Shown one piece after another: positions 27,071-33,793 of a DNA stretch of 33,793 bases. The number at the start of each line of letters is the position of its first letter. Within the stretch, counting starts at the first letter, position 1. The stretch covers positions 1-33,793 of the forward strand of contig JANHAK010000001.1 of assembly GCA_024464195.1 (NCBI GenBank). The letters are read 5' to 3'. The notes below the pieces were generated by a model. That model searched no databases. It had not been told where the DNA came from and was given only the letters and a program-made list of their open reading frames with translations. The translations under genes were made by a program, and so were the position numbers. Source of the DNA: Methanomassiliicoccales archaeon (GTDB lineage Archaea > Thermoplasmatota > Thermoplasmata > Methanomassiliicoccales > JACIVX01).

Positions 27071-27915
27071 ACGAACATCTTCGAACGATCAGATGGGCGG
27101 CATGGCTTGGCTGGCAGATGGAGTCGAATTGGACGAGTCCATTTCTTTTCATTATTTATTCCATTATTAAACCAATTATGGCAACACTGATTGTCGTTTT
27201 CATGTATCTCATTATTCTCAAGTCTGTCAATGCTGATCCTGTGCTCTTTTCTTATATGTTCATCGGGAATGCCTTTTATATGTATGTAGCCCAGGTTTTG
27301 TTCGGCATCAGCTGGGTGGTGCATGAAGATCGGGAACATTATCAGACGTTGAAGCAGATCTACATCGCTCCAATCAACTTTCCAGTCTATCTTGTTGGGC
27401 GGGGAATCAGCAAGATTATTATCACAACGGCCTCTGTCATCGTGACGCTCGCATTTGGAATTTTGGTTCTCGGTTTGCCCGTCAATATTTGGAAAATCGA
27501 TTGGCCGTTGTTAATTGTTGCGATGGTCCTCGGACTCTTTTGCATATGCACGATTGGCATCGCGCTCGCAGGCATTTCTTTGCTGACAGCGCGCCACGGG
27601 ACAGGAATCAATGAAGGAGTCGCTGGCGTTTTCTATTTGTTTTGCGGCGTAATTTTCCCCATCACCTTTCTGCCTTCCTGGGGGCAGTCGATCGCTTTTT
27701 TCATTCCGATCACTTACTGGCTTGAACTTTTGAGGCGCTCGATGATGCCCGAGACTATTTCGATTAGCGGTCTTGCGAATTACTCAGCGCAGGAGATGAT
27801 GGTCTTGCTTCTTGTTTCTATCCTCCTCTTTCTTTTTTTCTCCCTAATCATCTTAAAATATGCAGATTTCCTTGCCCGAAAAAAAGGAAAACTGGATATG
27901 ACGACAGCTTATTAG
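27061..27915 (+). CDS. ABC-2 type transporter permease (subunit 2)
   Basis: 10-nt overlap with the preceding permease. About 6 TM helices, 284 aa, distinct in sequence from subunit 1. Confidence 0.8.
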   Translation: MAVNEHLRTIRWAAWLGWQMESNWTSPFLFIIYSIIKPIMATLIVVFMYLIILKSVNADPVLFSYMFIGNAFYMYVAQVLFGISWVVHEDREHYQTLKQIYIAPINFPVYLVGRGISKIIITTASVIVTLAFGILVLGLPVNIWKIDWPLLIVAMVLGLFCICTIGIALAGISLLTARHGTGINEGVAGVFYLFCGVIFPITFLPSWGQSIAFFIPITYWLELLRRSMMPETISISGLANYSAQEMMVLLLVSILLFLFFSLIILKYADFLARKKGKLDMTTAY

Positions 27916-27962
27916 GCAGAAAGTGAATTAAAGGGTATACCGATATCCCGGAAGAAAAAAAT

Positions 27963-28036
27963 GCCCGAGTGGGGTAGCTTGGACATCCTAGGAGGCTGCG
28001 GACCTCCAGACCCGGATTCGAATTCCGGCTCGGGCA
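27963..28036 (+). tRNA. tRNA-Arg (anticodon GCG), no encoded CCA
   Basis: Folded by hand. Acceptor GCCCGAG/CTCGGGC, anticodon stem GGAGG/CCTCC with loop CTGCGGA, T-arm CCGGA-TTCGAAT-TCCGG, discriminator A. 74 nt. Confidence 0.88.
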
Positions 28037-28041
28037 CTTCC

Positions 28042-29961
28042 TTAGCTTTCTATCGCCACGTTTTTCTTTTCCTTGATCGATATGTCACCTGGAGGAAGAA
28101 TTCTAGATATTTCTTCTTCGGGCACTTCGAAAGACCTTGCAAGAACCGATGAGATCTGATTTCTATCAATATTTCCTGGCACGATTACAACAAATTTTGT
28201 CGATTGCTTTTCAACGGCGCTGCGAGGTCCGCACATAATTTTTCTCTCGCCCTGATGATCAATTTCGCCAATTGCCAATTCGATAGGTAAGTGATGGAGA
28301 TAATTCCTCTTTCCCCTGATTACAAAGGCGCCTCTGGGCACAAACTCACCAGCTTCCGGCGTCTTTGAAACCTGATCTGGTAAAACCCAATACGCGCTTC
28401 CTTCACCGGCTCCGGCTTTCCAGATTTTTGAATGTGCGAGTGCAAAGATTCCCGCTTCTTTCATTTCCTCATCGCTTGCCATCGCTCCGTCTTTAACAAT
28501 AACGCTTGGCGCACCATGAATATCGGCGTGAACAAATCTGTCAGCTGTTGTCATATGCTTCTTGACGAGCTGCTCATTGGTCTTTGCGTCTCTGCCGGCA
28601 AGAACAAGTCTTCCGCCCGACGTGATGAACCACTTGTACCTCTCAAACCAGAACTCTTTTGTTTTCTTTGTCCTTTTATCAACAGTTTCCGTCACTTTTT
28701 TTACCCTTCTCTGTTCAATTCTTGCCTCGGTCTCTTTGATGGCGAGAAGGGCACCTTCAATTTTCTCTCTCAAGCGTTTTGACTCCTGGTAAAAGGCGTC
28801 AGCATTCTCTTCAAGACTCTTCAGATAATCCAGTTTGATTCTTTTTCCGTCTACTTCGATCTCGATTGAGTGTTCAGAGGGTTCGATGCTCTTTACGATG
28901 TTAAATCCTTTTGAGAACTCAATGATCTCATTCCATTTAGATGAGGTAGCTCTTTCTTTGAATTTGCAGAGAATCTCGTTGATTGCTGTGTAATTTACAA
29001 AAAGAAGCTCGGCTGACTTCGAGTACTCATCCGCACGGCTTCTTAGCTCTTGAATTGTGTTCTTTTGTTGCTCGAGTTGTCGCTCGAGTCTTCGAAGTTC
29101 CTCATCAACCGTTTCTATCTCAATTTTTGGCCTCAATTCTAGAAAACGATTGATTGCATCGGAAAAAGAAACAAACTGATCAGCCCGCGCACCAGCATAA
29201 ATCATCAGCCTGATTGGCGTAACATCAACGGGGGAATCATTATTGAAAACAAGATTCGGTTCTGGCTTAGTGCGAATCGAGTCGATGATTTCCCGCAATC
29301 TAACGTTTAAGTTCTTAAAATCTTCTTCCGTCAACGCATCTGCTTTCTTGTTTTTGTCGATGCCGGCTCTCAGACAAATTTCTTCAGCATACTGGCCGCC
29401 GAGATTGACAACGGTTGCAAGACTTCTTACGATGTCGGATTTCGATTGTTGGAGCGCTGCTTTGAACGATTCAAAGGTTGCGGCAAGGGGGTTGAATCGC
29501 GATGGCGGGAAGTTGTATTCCACGCCGGGTCTAATTTCTCTATGTTTCCATTGTTTTGATGCGAGTGCGATGACGATTTTCCCTTCCTGAACAACAATTA
29601 AGTTACCGTCCCCGAAGATCTCAAAAATGACCTCATATTTCTTATCTCGTTGGATTTCAAGAACGACAATTCGATCAAAATCTTTCTGGTAAACCGATGT
29701 GATACGCCCACCCGCTAAGTGTTTCCTCATTACCATTGCGAGCTGAGAAGGAATACCAGGAAGCTCAGGGCGCTCACTTGCGAGATAAAGCCATCGTGCC
29801 TCCTGGAAGACAATTTCCTTTTTACCAGATCCAGGTACATTGATTCTAAAAAGGAAATTGCTTCCGTTCCAGTGGAAGATCTTATCGATAAATCCGCCAA
29901 CAATTGAGCGCATTTCAGCTGTCAATGCGAGTACATCAAAAGCGCTCATCTCATTCTTCAT
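28042..29961 (-). CDS. NFACT-family protein (FbpA/RqcH/Rqc2 homologue; ribosome quality-control-like)
   Basis: N-terminal NFACT-N region (SAFDVLALTAEM...), a long central coiled coil, and an NFACT-R/DUF814 segment (RFVHADIHGAPSVIVKDG). Start is the ATG at 29961 (or 29949). A TATA-like atttatg sits about 29 nt upstream of 29961. Confidence 0.8.
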   Translation of the reverse strand: MKNEMSAFDVLALTAEMRSIVGGFIDKIFHWNGSNFLFRINVPGSGKKEIVFQEARWLYLASERPELPGIPSQLAMVMRKHLAGGRITSVYQKDFDRIVVLEIQRDKKYEVIFEIFGDGNLIVVQEGKIVIALASKQWKHREIRPGVEYNFPPSRFNPLAATFESFKAALQQSKSDIVRSLATVVNLGGQYAEEICLRAGIDKNKKADALTEEDFKNLNVRLREIIDSIRTKPEPNLVFNNDSPVDVTPIRLMIYAGARADQFVSFSDAINRFLELRPKIEIETVDEELRRLERQLEQQKNTIQELRSRADEYSKSAELLFVNYTAINEILCKFKERATSSKWNEIIEFSKGFNIVKSIEPSEHSIEIEVDGKRIKLDYLKSLEENADAFYQESKRLREKIEGALLAIKETEARIEQRRVKKVTETVDKRTKKTKEFWFERYKWFITSGGRLVLAGRDAKTNEQLVKKHMTTADRFVHADIHGAPSVIVKDGAMASDEEMKEAGIFALAHSKIWKAGAGEGSAYWVLPDQVSKTPEAGEFVPRGAFVIRGKRNYLHHLPIELAIGEIDHQGERKIMCGPRSAVEKQSTKFVVIVPGNIDRNQISSVLARSFEVPEEEISRILPPGDISIKEKKNVAIES

Positions 29962-30010
29962 CAACAATACCCATATATCGAGGCGGCATAAATGCTTGTT
30001 TTCGATTTTG

Positions 30011-30023
30011 GAAAACTTTATGA
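30011..30023 (+). promoter_or_regulatory. Candidate BRE/TATA (gaaaaCTTTATGA) for tRNA-Thr
   Basis: A/T-rich box about 30 nt upstream of the tRNA 5' end at 30051. Confidence 0.4.
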
Positions 30024-30050
30024 ACACTCATCTGATTGGAGGATTCGCCG

Positions 30051-30146
30051 GCCACTGTGGCTTAGCGGTAGTGCCTTGCTGCACCGCCAAATAGCGACGC
30101 CTTGGTAAGGCGTAGGTCGAGGGTTCGAATCCCTCCAGTGGCTCCA
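30051..30146 (+). tRNA. tRNA-Thr (anticodon GGU) with a roughly 20-nt non-canonical intron in the D-loop and a genomically encoded CCA
   Basis: Acceptor GCCACTG/CAGTGGC (7 WC pairs), anticodon stem ACGCC/GGCGT with loop TTGGTAA, variable AGGTC, T-arm GAGGG-TTCGAAT-CCCTC, discriminator T, then CCA. There are 39 nt between the acceptor and the anticodon stem where about 19-20 are expected. Confidence 0.8.
30071..30090 (+). other. Predicted tRNA intron (boundaries +/- 2 nt) in a BHB-like fold
   Basis: Central 4-bp helix G65-G68:C84-C87. A 3-nt bulge (T69 A70 G71) on the 5' strand. Inner helix T72-C74:G81-A83 with a 6-nt loop. A 3-4 nt bulge (C88 A89 A90 A91) on the 3' strand. The outer helix is the D-stem G60-T62:A93-C95. 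Coordinates are 300xx. Confidence 0.6.
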
Positions 30147-30169
30147 TTCTTATCTTTCGATATAAGAAT
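30146..30169 (+). other. AT-rich hairpin immediately 3' of tRNA-Thr (8-bp stem ATTCTTAT/ATAAGAAT, 8-nt loop)
   Basis: attcttat (30146-30153) is the exact reverse complement of ataagaat (30162-30169). Possible processing or termination element. Confidence 0.4.
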
Positions 30170-30182
30170 CAATAAATATTCA

Positions 30183-30199
30183 TTCTCACGTGTAAAGAA
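30183..30199. promoter_or_regulatory. Copy 2 of the TTCTCACGT...AAGAA motif, overlapping the putative TATA region of the K+ channel gene
   Basis: ttctcacgtgtaaagaa; the 3' arm overlaps aagaatataa (30196-30205), 12-21 nt upstream of the TTG start at 30217. Confidence 0.45.
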
Positions 30200-30216
30200 T
30201 ATAACTCCCTCGGGGG

Positions 30217-31122
30217 TTGTGTTTGAAGAGTCGAAGATTACTTTATTCTCTTTATGGGTTGTGCGCAGTCTTGATCATTGGTACTGTGGGTTTCACACTC
30301 TCGGAGCCAACGGTCGATAATCCTCTGGAAGCGCTTTATTTCACCATCGTTACAATGACAACTGTGGGATATGGGGACATCGTGCCAACGACTGCTGCGA
30401 GTCGGGTTATCGCATCGATCGTCATGCTCGGTGGCATCGGAGCAGGAATTATTGCGTTGCAATCAATTTTTGATACGGTTGTTAGTAAAAGTGTGAGGGA
30501 AGAACTGGGATTACCCGAAAGGAGGACAAAGATGAAAGATCACTACATTATCTGCGGCTTTGGAAATGTGGGTCGCCAGATTGCTGAGCAGTTAAGCGAG
30601 AATGGTGAGAAATTTATCGTGATTGAGAAAAACAAAGAAAAAGTTGCGGCAATGGTTGAGGAGGGAATACCAGTCATAGAGGGCGATGCCATATACGAGG
30701 AAGTCTTAAAAAGGGCGAATGTTGAAAACGCTAAATCCCTCTTGGCGACCATGACGGACATGACTAATGTGATGGTCGTCCTTACAGCGAAAATGTTGAA
30801 TCCGAATCTGCATGTCGTCTCCGAAGTTGAAGATTATCGAAACGCGGCGAAACTGAAAAAAGCGGGAGCTGACGAAGTGGTTCATTGCCACGAAATGGGT
30901 GCAAGGGTTATGGTTTGTAAAGCGAGACGTCTTGTTCTGGATCCAGTATGCGGTTCGGAAATCGATCCGACGAGAGCCGTTTTGTCTTATAATTATGATA
31001 ATGAGACGTATTACTTTTGCAGTGAAGAGTGTCTGGAGGCATTCAAAAAGAATCCCGTTCGATTCATCGAATTACAGAGAACGCTTGACACGACTTGCAA
31101 GATCAAATTTGGTCTGGATTAA
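30217..31122 (+). CDS. 2-TM potassium channel fused to an RCK/TrkA-N domain and a C-terminal YHS (TRASH-like) metal-binding domain
   Basis: Selectivity filter TMTTVGYGD (nt 30358-30378) between two TM helices. Rossmann motif HYIICGFGNVGRQIAEQL. YHS-type LDPVCGSEIDPTRAVLSYNYDNETYYFCSEECLEAFKKNP (nt 30940-31056). The start must be non-ATG: TTG at 30217 is the first start after an in-frame TAA at 30202, and the first in-frame ATG lies after TM1. Confidence 0.85.
   Translation: MCLKSRRLLYSLYGLCAVLIIGTVGFTLSEPTVDNPLEALYFTIVTMTTVGYGDIVPTTAASRVIASIVMLGGIGAGIIALQSIFDTVVSKSVREELGLPERRTKMKDHYIICGFGNVGRQIAEQLSENGEKFIVIEKNKEKVAAMVEEGIPVIEGDAIYEEVLKRANVENAKSLLATMTDMTNVMVVLTAKMLNPNLHVVSEVEDYRNAAKLKKAGADEVVHCHEMGARVMVCKARRLVLDPVCGSEIDPTRAVLSYNYDNETYYFCSEECLEAFKKNPVRFIELQRTLDTTCKIKFGLD
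30521..30534 (+). promoter_or_regulatory. Internal SD (GGAGG) plus in-frame ATG (Met106) at the channel/RCK junction
   Basis: gaaaGGAGGacaaagATG: a perfect SD with a 6-nt spacer, in frame, 3 codons before the RCK Rossmann strand (MKDHYIICGFG). Confidence 0.5.
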
Positions 31123-31130
31123 TACTAAAA

Positions 31131-31138
31131 TTTTTTTT
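31131..31138 (+). terminator. T8 tract after the K+ channel gene
   Basis: tttttttt starts 9 nt after the TAA. Confidence 0.5.
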
Positions 31139-31195
31139 CAATTCTTGGTTTAGTGAGCCGCCTGCTTAAAAATTCTTTTCTTTATATCATGAATT

Positions 31196-31217
31196 AAAAA
31201 ATAAAAAAGAAAAAAAA
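31196..31217 (-). terminator. T6/T6/T8 tracts (minus strand) after the TED-like gene
   Basis: The plus strand reads aaaaaataaaaaagaaaaaaaa, 13-34 nt beyond the minus-strand stop at 31230. Confidence 0.5.
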
Positions 31218-31229
31218 GGAATGGATTTT

Positions 31230-32630
31230 TTAGAAATAACCACCTTCTGGTTGGTTGTTTATGTAATCTGCCATATCCTTTGCCTTTTTGTACTCGCCAT
31301 CACAATACCATTCTAGGATATCATGAAGCGCTTCCCCAATGGTCGGATCGTTGTCGCCTGGAAGATCTACGCATCCCTTAAGATAATAGTTTTCGCCATA
31401 ATAATCATTGTACCATGCGTTCGTCAGAAGCAGTGCGAGGATCTGGGCCTGTGCTTTCTGTGTCATGTTGTTTGCGTCGGGGATAGACAATATGCTGTAA
31501 GCCTTTGACGGTGTAATGTTCCTGATCCATTCCATGCATTCACCGGTGCAGTGACCGCTTTGCCAGTCAAATGTTTCGTTGATTTCTGCGAGGTAGTTGA
31601 CGATTTTTGCTTTCGGAACCTGAATGCCCTTTCCCTTCATCCAACCCCAATTCTTGCCGATATTTGTTTTCCAAAAACCTATGGTGAATCCATCTGGGTA
31701 ATAGCAGCACTTGACAATTGAGGAATTGCAGAGTTCATTCGGCACGACGAGGTTCTGCACATTCACACCAGGATAATTCACATTTGGCGGATTCTCATCA
31801 TCCCATACTAATATGCCTTCTCCGCCATTGATACAAGCAGTAACAACTGCCATCGTCGCACATTCGAGATTTAGATAGACGACCGCTTGTCCGGCTGAAT
31901 TTGTTACAACTTCTTCAGCGCTGAGGACACCTAATGTTGTTGAAAAACGAACAAGCACGTTCTCCATTGGATTTCCAAATTGATCGAGAACAGTTGCCAC
32001 AATTGTTGCATTGTCCTCACAGTCAATGACTTGAATCCCAGGCTCAAGCGATAATGAAGCTGGGTATGAACAAGGATGAGGAATCGATCCGATGATCTCC
32101 CATGCACGATCTCTTATTTGAGATCCATAAGTTCCGTTCCAAGCATCGTACCGATCACCAGTTGCATTGTCCGTCATAAAGGGGTTTGGTTCATCAGCGG
32201 TGACAATGTACCATATCGCACACTGGATCGCAGCGGCCTCAAGATTCGGATCAGAGGCCATTTCAGGCTTGTACATATTGATGATGTAATTAACCGCGCA
32301 AGCTTCACTTTCATTCAAGAAATTCTCTAAATCGCCATCGCCCCATAGCGTGTCGTTCTCTTCGATTATCATATTGAAATCAATACAATAACCGTTATAC
32401 TCTACACTAGTAGTTTCATTTTCCAAGAGATAATATCCAGCCCATGCCCAAATCCAGTGACCTGGATGATATGTATCGTTGACTGCGACATCAGCTCCGT
32501 AAATCCCCTTCCCGACCAGCCTTACTCTTTCTCCTTCTTGAGGTACGGCGCCAGTGATCGCAGGCAAACCGAAGCTCACAACGAGAAGAAAGGTTAAGGA
32601 TATTGCTATGATTATTTTCGTCGAATTCAC
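31230..32630 (-). CDS. Secreted Cys-rich protein: signal peptide, thioester-domain (TED)-like module, Big_1-type Ig-like domain, unassigned C-terminal domain
   Basis: GTG start preceded by GGAGGGAGGAA. Signal peptide KIIIAISLTFLLVVSFGLPAITGA. GYCIDFN (Cys82, nt 32385-32387) and AAAIQCAIWY (Gln136, nt 32223-32225) resemble the TED Cys and TQxA[IV]W motifs. The Ig-like segment ATIVATVLDQFGNPMENVLVRFSTTLGVLSAEEVVTNSAGQAVVYL resembles invasin/intimin Big_1. There is no C-terminal anchor. Confidence 0.6.
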   Translation of the reverse strand: MNSTKIIIAISLTFLLVVSFGLPAITGAVPQEGERVRLVGKGIYGADVAVNDTYHPGHWIWAWAGYYLLENETTSVEYNGYCIDFNMIIEENDTLWGDGDLENFLNESEACAVNYIINMYKPEMASDPNLEAAAIQCAIWYIVTADEPNPFMTDNATGDRYDAWNGTYGSQIRDRAWEIIGSIPHPCSYPASLSLEPGIQVIDCEDNATIVATVLDQFGNPMENVLVRFSTTLGVLSAEEVVTNSAGQAVVYLNLECATMAVVTACINGGEGILVWDDENPPNVNYPGVNVQNLVVPNELCNSSIVKCCYYPDGFTIGFWKTNIGKNWGWMKGKGIQVPKAKIVNYLAEINETFDWQSGHCTGECMEWIRNITPSKAYSILSIPDANNMTQKAQAQILALLLTNAWYNDYYGENYYLKGCVDLPGDNDPTIGEALHDILEWYCDGEYKKAKDMADYINNQPEGGYF

Positions 32631-32740
32631 TTCCTCCCTCCTTCATGATCAAAAAGGTTTACCAGAAAACACTAATTTTTCATTAAATTAGTGCCTTTCA
32701 TCGCCTTTTTGATTCTAGGAGTTATTTACCAATGAGTGAC

Positions 32741-32748
32741 TATTTAAA
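32741..32748 (-). promoter_or_regulatory. Candidate BRE/TATA (minus strand GAAAAGG-TTTAAATA) for the TED-like gene
   Basis: Plus-strand tatttaaaccttttc. It would give a 5' UTR of roughly 85 nt ending in the strong SD. Confidence 0.4.
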
Positions 32749-32829
32749 CCTTTTCTTAAATCCAGATATTATCTCATGTGATAATTGAAATTGATATTAA
32801 ACGTCCATCTTTAATTCTTCACGAGGTTG

Positions 32830-32844
32830 TTCTCACGTCAAGAA
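32830..32844. promoter_or_regulatory. Copy 3 of the TTCTCACGT...AAGAA motif, flanked by related half-sites
   Basis: ttctcacgtcaagaa. Related half-sites are ttcttcacg at 32815-32823 and the inverted agaaacgtg at 32841-32849. Confidence 0.45.
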
Positions 32845-32908
32845 ACGTGTTATTGCTATAAAGTTCAACATTAGAAAGGAACTAGATTGATAAAACTTTC
32901 CGTCGCGC

Positions 32909-33793
32909 TCAGTCCTTCATTGAATAAGTGACAAATCCTGACCATATTTTCGGCCAGAAATAAGTCGTCTTCTTTGGCATTCTGAGCCCCTGTTCTGCAA
33001 TTTTCCATATCTGATCTATTGTTGGTGGCTTAAGGATTACTGCGAAATCGCAGCGATTATGCATCACTTTCTTGAAAACTTCATCAGCATCATGTTCGTA
33101 TTCAATTCTGATCTTATCTTTGAACCTCACTTTCTCGAGAATATTGTTCAGGCCAAGTTCCTGAAAAACAAACGCATGAATATTCCACAGCCCACCGTCT
33201 GATCGTTTCATTTTCGGATTTATAATCGCGCATTCGTGATCGCTCGTAATAATGCCGATTCCGGATGTATTGGATGTGAAGACCTTTTTCTTAAGTTCTA
33301 TGAAATCTCTTGTCCGAGAGATGTCGAAATTCTCTTTGAAAACTTCGAAGATTTCGAAATTGTTAAGTCCCGTACCATAGATGATCCTATGCGTTGGCAA
33401 AACGATCATGCCAGGATCATCCGAACTAGCCAGCGTTGCGAGAACGAATTGACTCTTTTCATCCCCCCGCTCCCGTGAGTATCTCAAGGCGGTCTCATAT
33501 CTGTGATGGCCATCGGCGATCAGGATTTTTTTCCATTTCAAACTTTCAGAAATCATTTGCACCGTTTGTTGGTCGCTTAGCCTCATAAATGAGTGCTGGA
33601 TACCATCTTCATCACAACATTCCCAAAGAGTCTCTGAAACTGATGTCATTTTTTCTACAATGTCATTATCAAGATGATCAATAACGCCAAAGATCGACTC
33701 AAGATGAAATTCGGTCGCCCTCAATAGGTTGAGTCGATCATCCTTGACTTTCGCGATCGTTTCCTCATGTGGTAAAATATTGCCCTGATCATA
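32909..33793 (-). CDS. DUF1015-family protein, 5'-truncated by the window edge
   Basis: ILIADGHHRYETALRY motif. The reading frame stays open from 33724 to the window end (YDQGNILPHEETIAKVKDDRLNLLRATEF...), so the true N-terminus lies beyond 33793. Confidence 0.8.
   Translation of the reverse strand, partial: YDQGNILPHEETIAKVKDDRLNLLRATEFHLESIFGVIDHLDNDIVEKMTSVSETLWECCDEDGIQHSFMRLSDQQTVQMISESLKWKKILIADGHHRYETALRYSRERGDEKSQFVLATLASSDDPGMIVLPTHRIIYGTGLNNFEIFEVFKENFDISRTRDFIELKKKVFTSNTSGIGIITSDHECAIINPKMKRSDGGLWNIHAFVFQELGLNNILEKVRFKDKIRIEYEHDADEVFKKVMHNRCDFAVILKPPTIDQIWKIAEQGLRMPKKTTYFWPKIWSGFVTYSMKD

Noticed and set aside
27961-28152. 63-aa ORF starting MPEWGSLDILGG
   Set aside because: It lies exactly over tRNA-Arg(GCG) and then runs antisense to the NFACT 3' end. 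It is spurious.
27916-30216. Integrated mobile element or genomic island at the two tRNA genes
   Set aside because: There is no integrase or transposase, no direct repeat of either tRNA 3' end seen by eye, and the only intervening gene is a housekeeping-type NFACT protein.
30102-30320. 72-aa ORF (MVRRRSRVRIPPVAPF...)
   Set aside because: It is a translation artefact across the anticodon/T-arm of tRNA-Thr (GGTTCGAATCCC gives RVRIPP) and runs into the K+ channel promoter. No coding support.
31440-31460. A second TQxA-like motif (MTQKAQAQ, about residue 392) in the TED-like protein as an alternative thioester Gln
   Set aside because: It lacks the following [IV]-W and has no nearby Y-C-x-[DE] partner in the expected upstream position. 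The IQCAIW motif (Gln136) is the better candidate.
1-33793. CRISPR arrays, rRNA, IS elements, and in-frame stop recoding (Sec/Pyl)
   Set aside because: No spaced direct repeats and no cas or transposase-like ORFs were found. All called genes are uninterrupted, and TAG, TAA and TGA are all used as ordinary stops.

Overview
This is an archaeal chromosomal segment. The evidence is gatD/gatE, rps17e, thyX, an AglB-type oligosaccharyltransferase, BRE/TATA boxes about 26 nt upstream of many start codons (leaderless-looking genes), a BHB-type tRNA intron and a PGF-CTERM sorting signal. A euryarchaeal, possibly Thermoplasmata-like, origin is only an inference. I support about 25 protein genes and 2 tRNAs.

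Housekeeping genes: trxA, a translin-like gene, purD, hypB, gatD, gatE, a HemK/Mtq2-like methyltransferase, a rhomboid protease, an MBL hydrolase, a Zn-ribbon protein, pcm, a HAD phosphatase, TraB, thyX, rps17e, an ABC-2 exporter (ATPase plus two permeases), an NFACT/RqcH-like gene and DUF1015.

These are interleaved with cell-envelope genes:
- a 5'-truncated AglB with a very long beta-sandwich extension and its own C-terminal anchor, translationally coupled to a CARDB membrane protein
- a 2,096-aa parallel beta-helix protein ending in a PGF-CTERM signal, preceded by a 620-bp non-coding region with repeats
- a Cys-rich secreted protein whose N-terminal domain carries both motifs of a Cys-Gln thioester (TED) adhesin domain

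Other notable points:
- tRNA-Thr(GGU) has a roughly 20-nt intron in the D-loop and an encoded CCA
- a 2-TM K+ channel is fused to an RCK N-lobe plus a YHS metal-binding domain, with an MthK-like internal SD+ATG
- a near-palindromic motif, TTCTCACGT(N1-3)AAGAA, recurs in three intergenic regions

I saw no CRISPR array, transposase, integrase or rRNA. All domain calls come from motif reading by eye and need HMM or structure confirmation.
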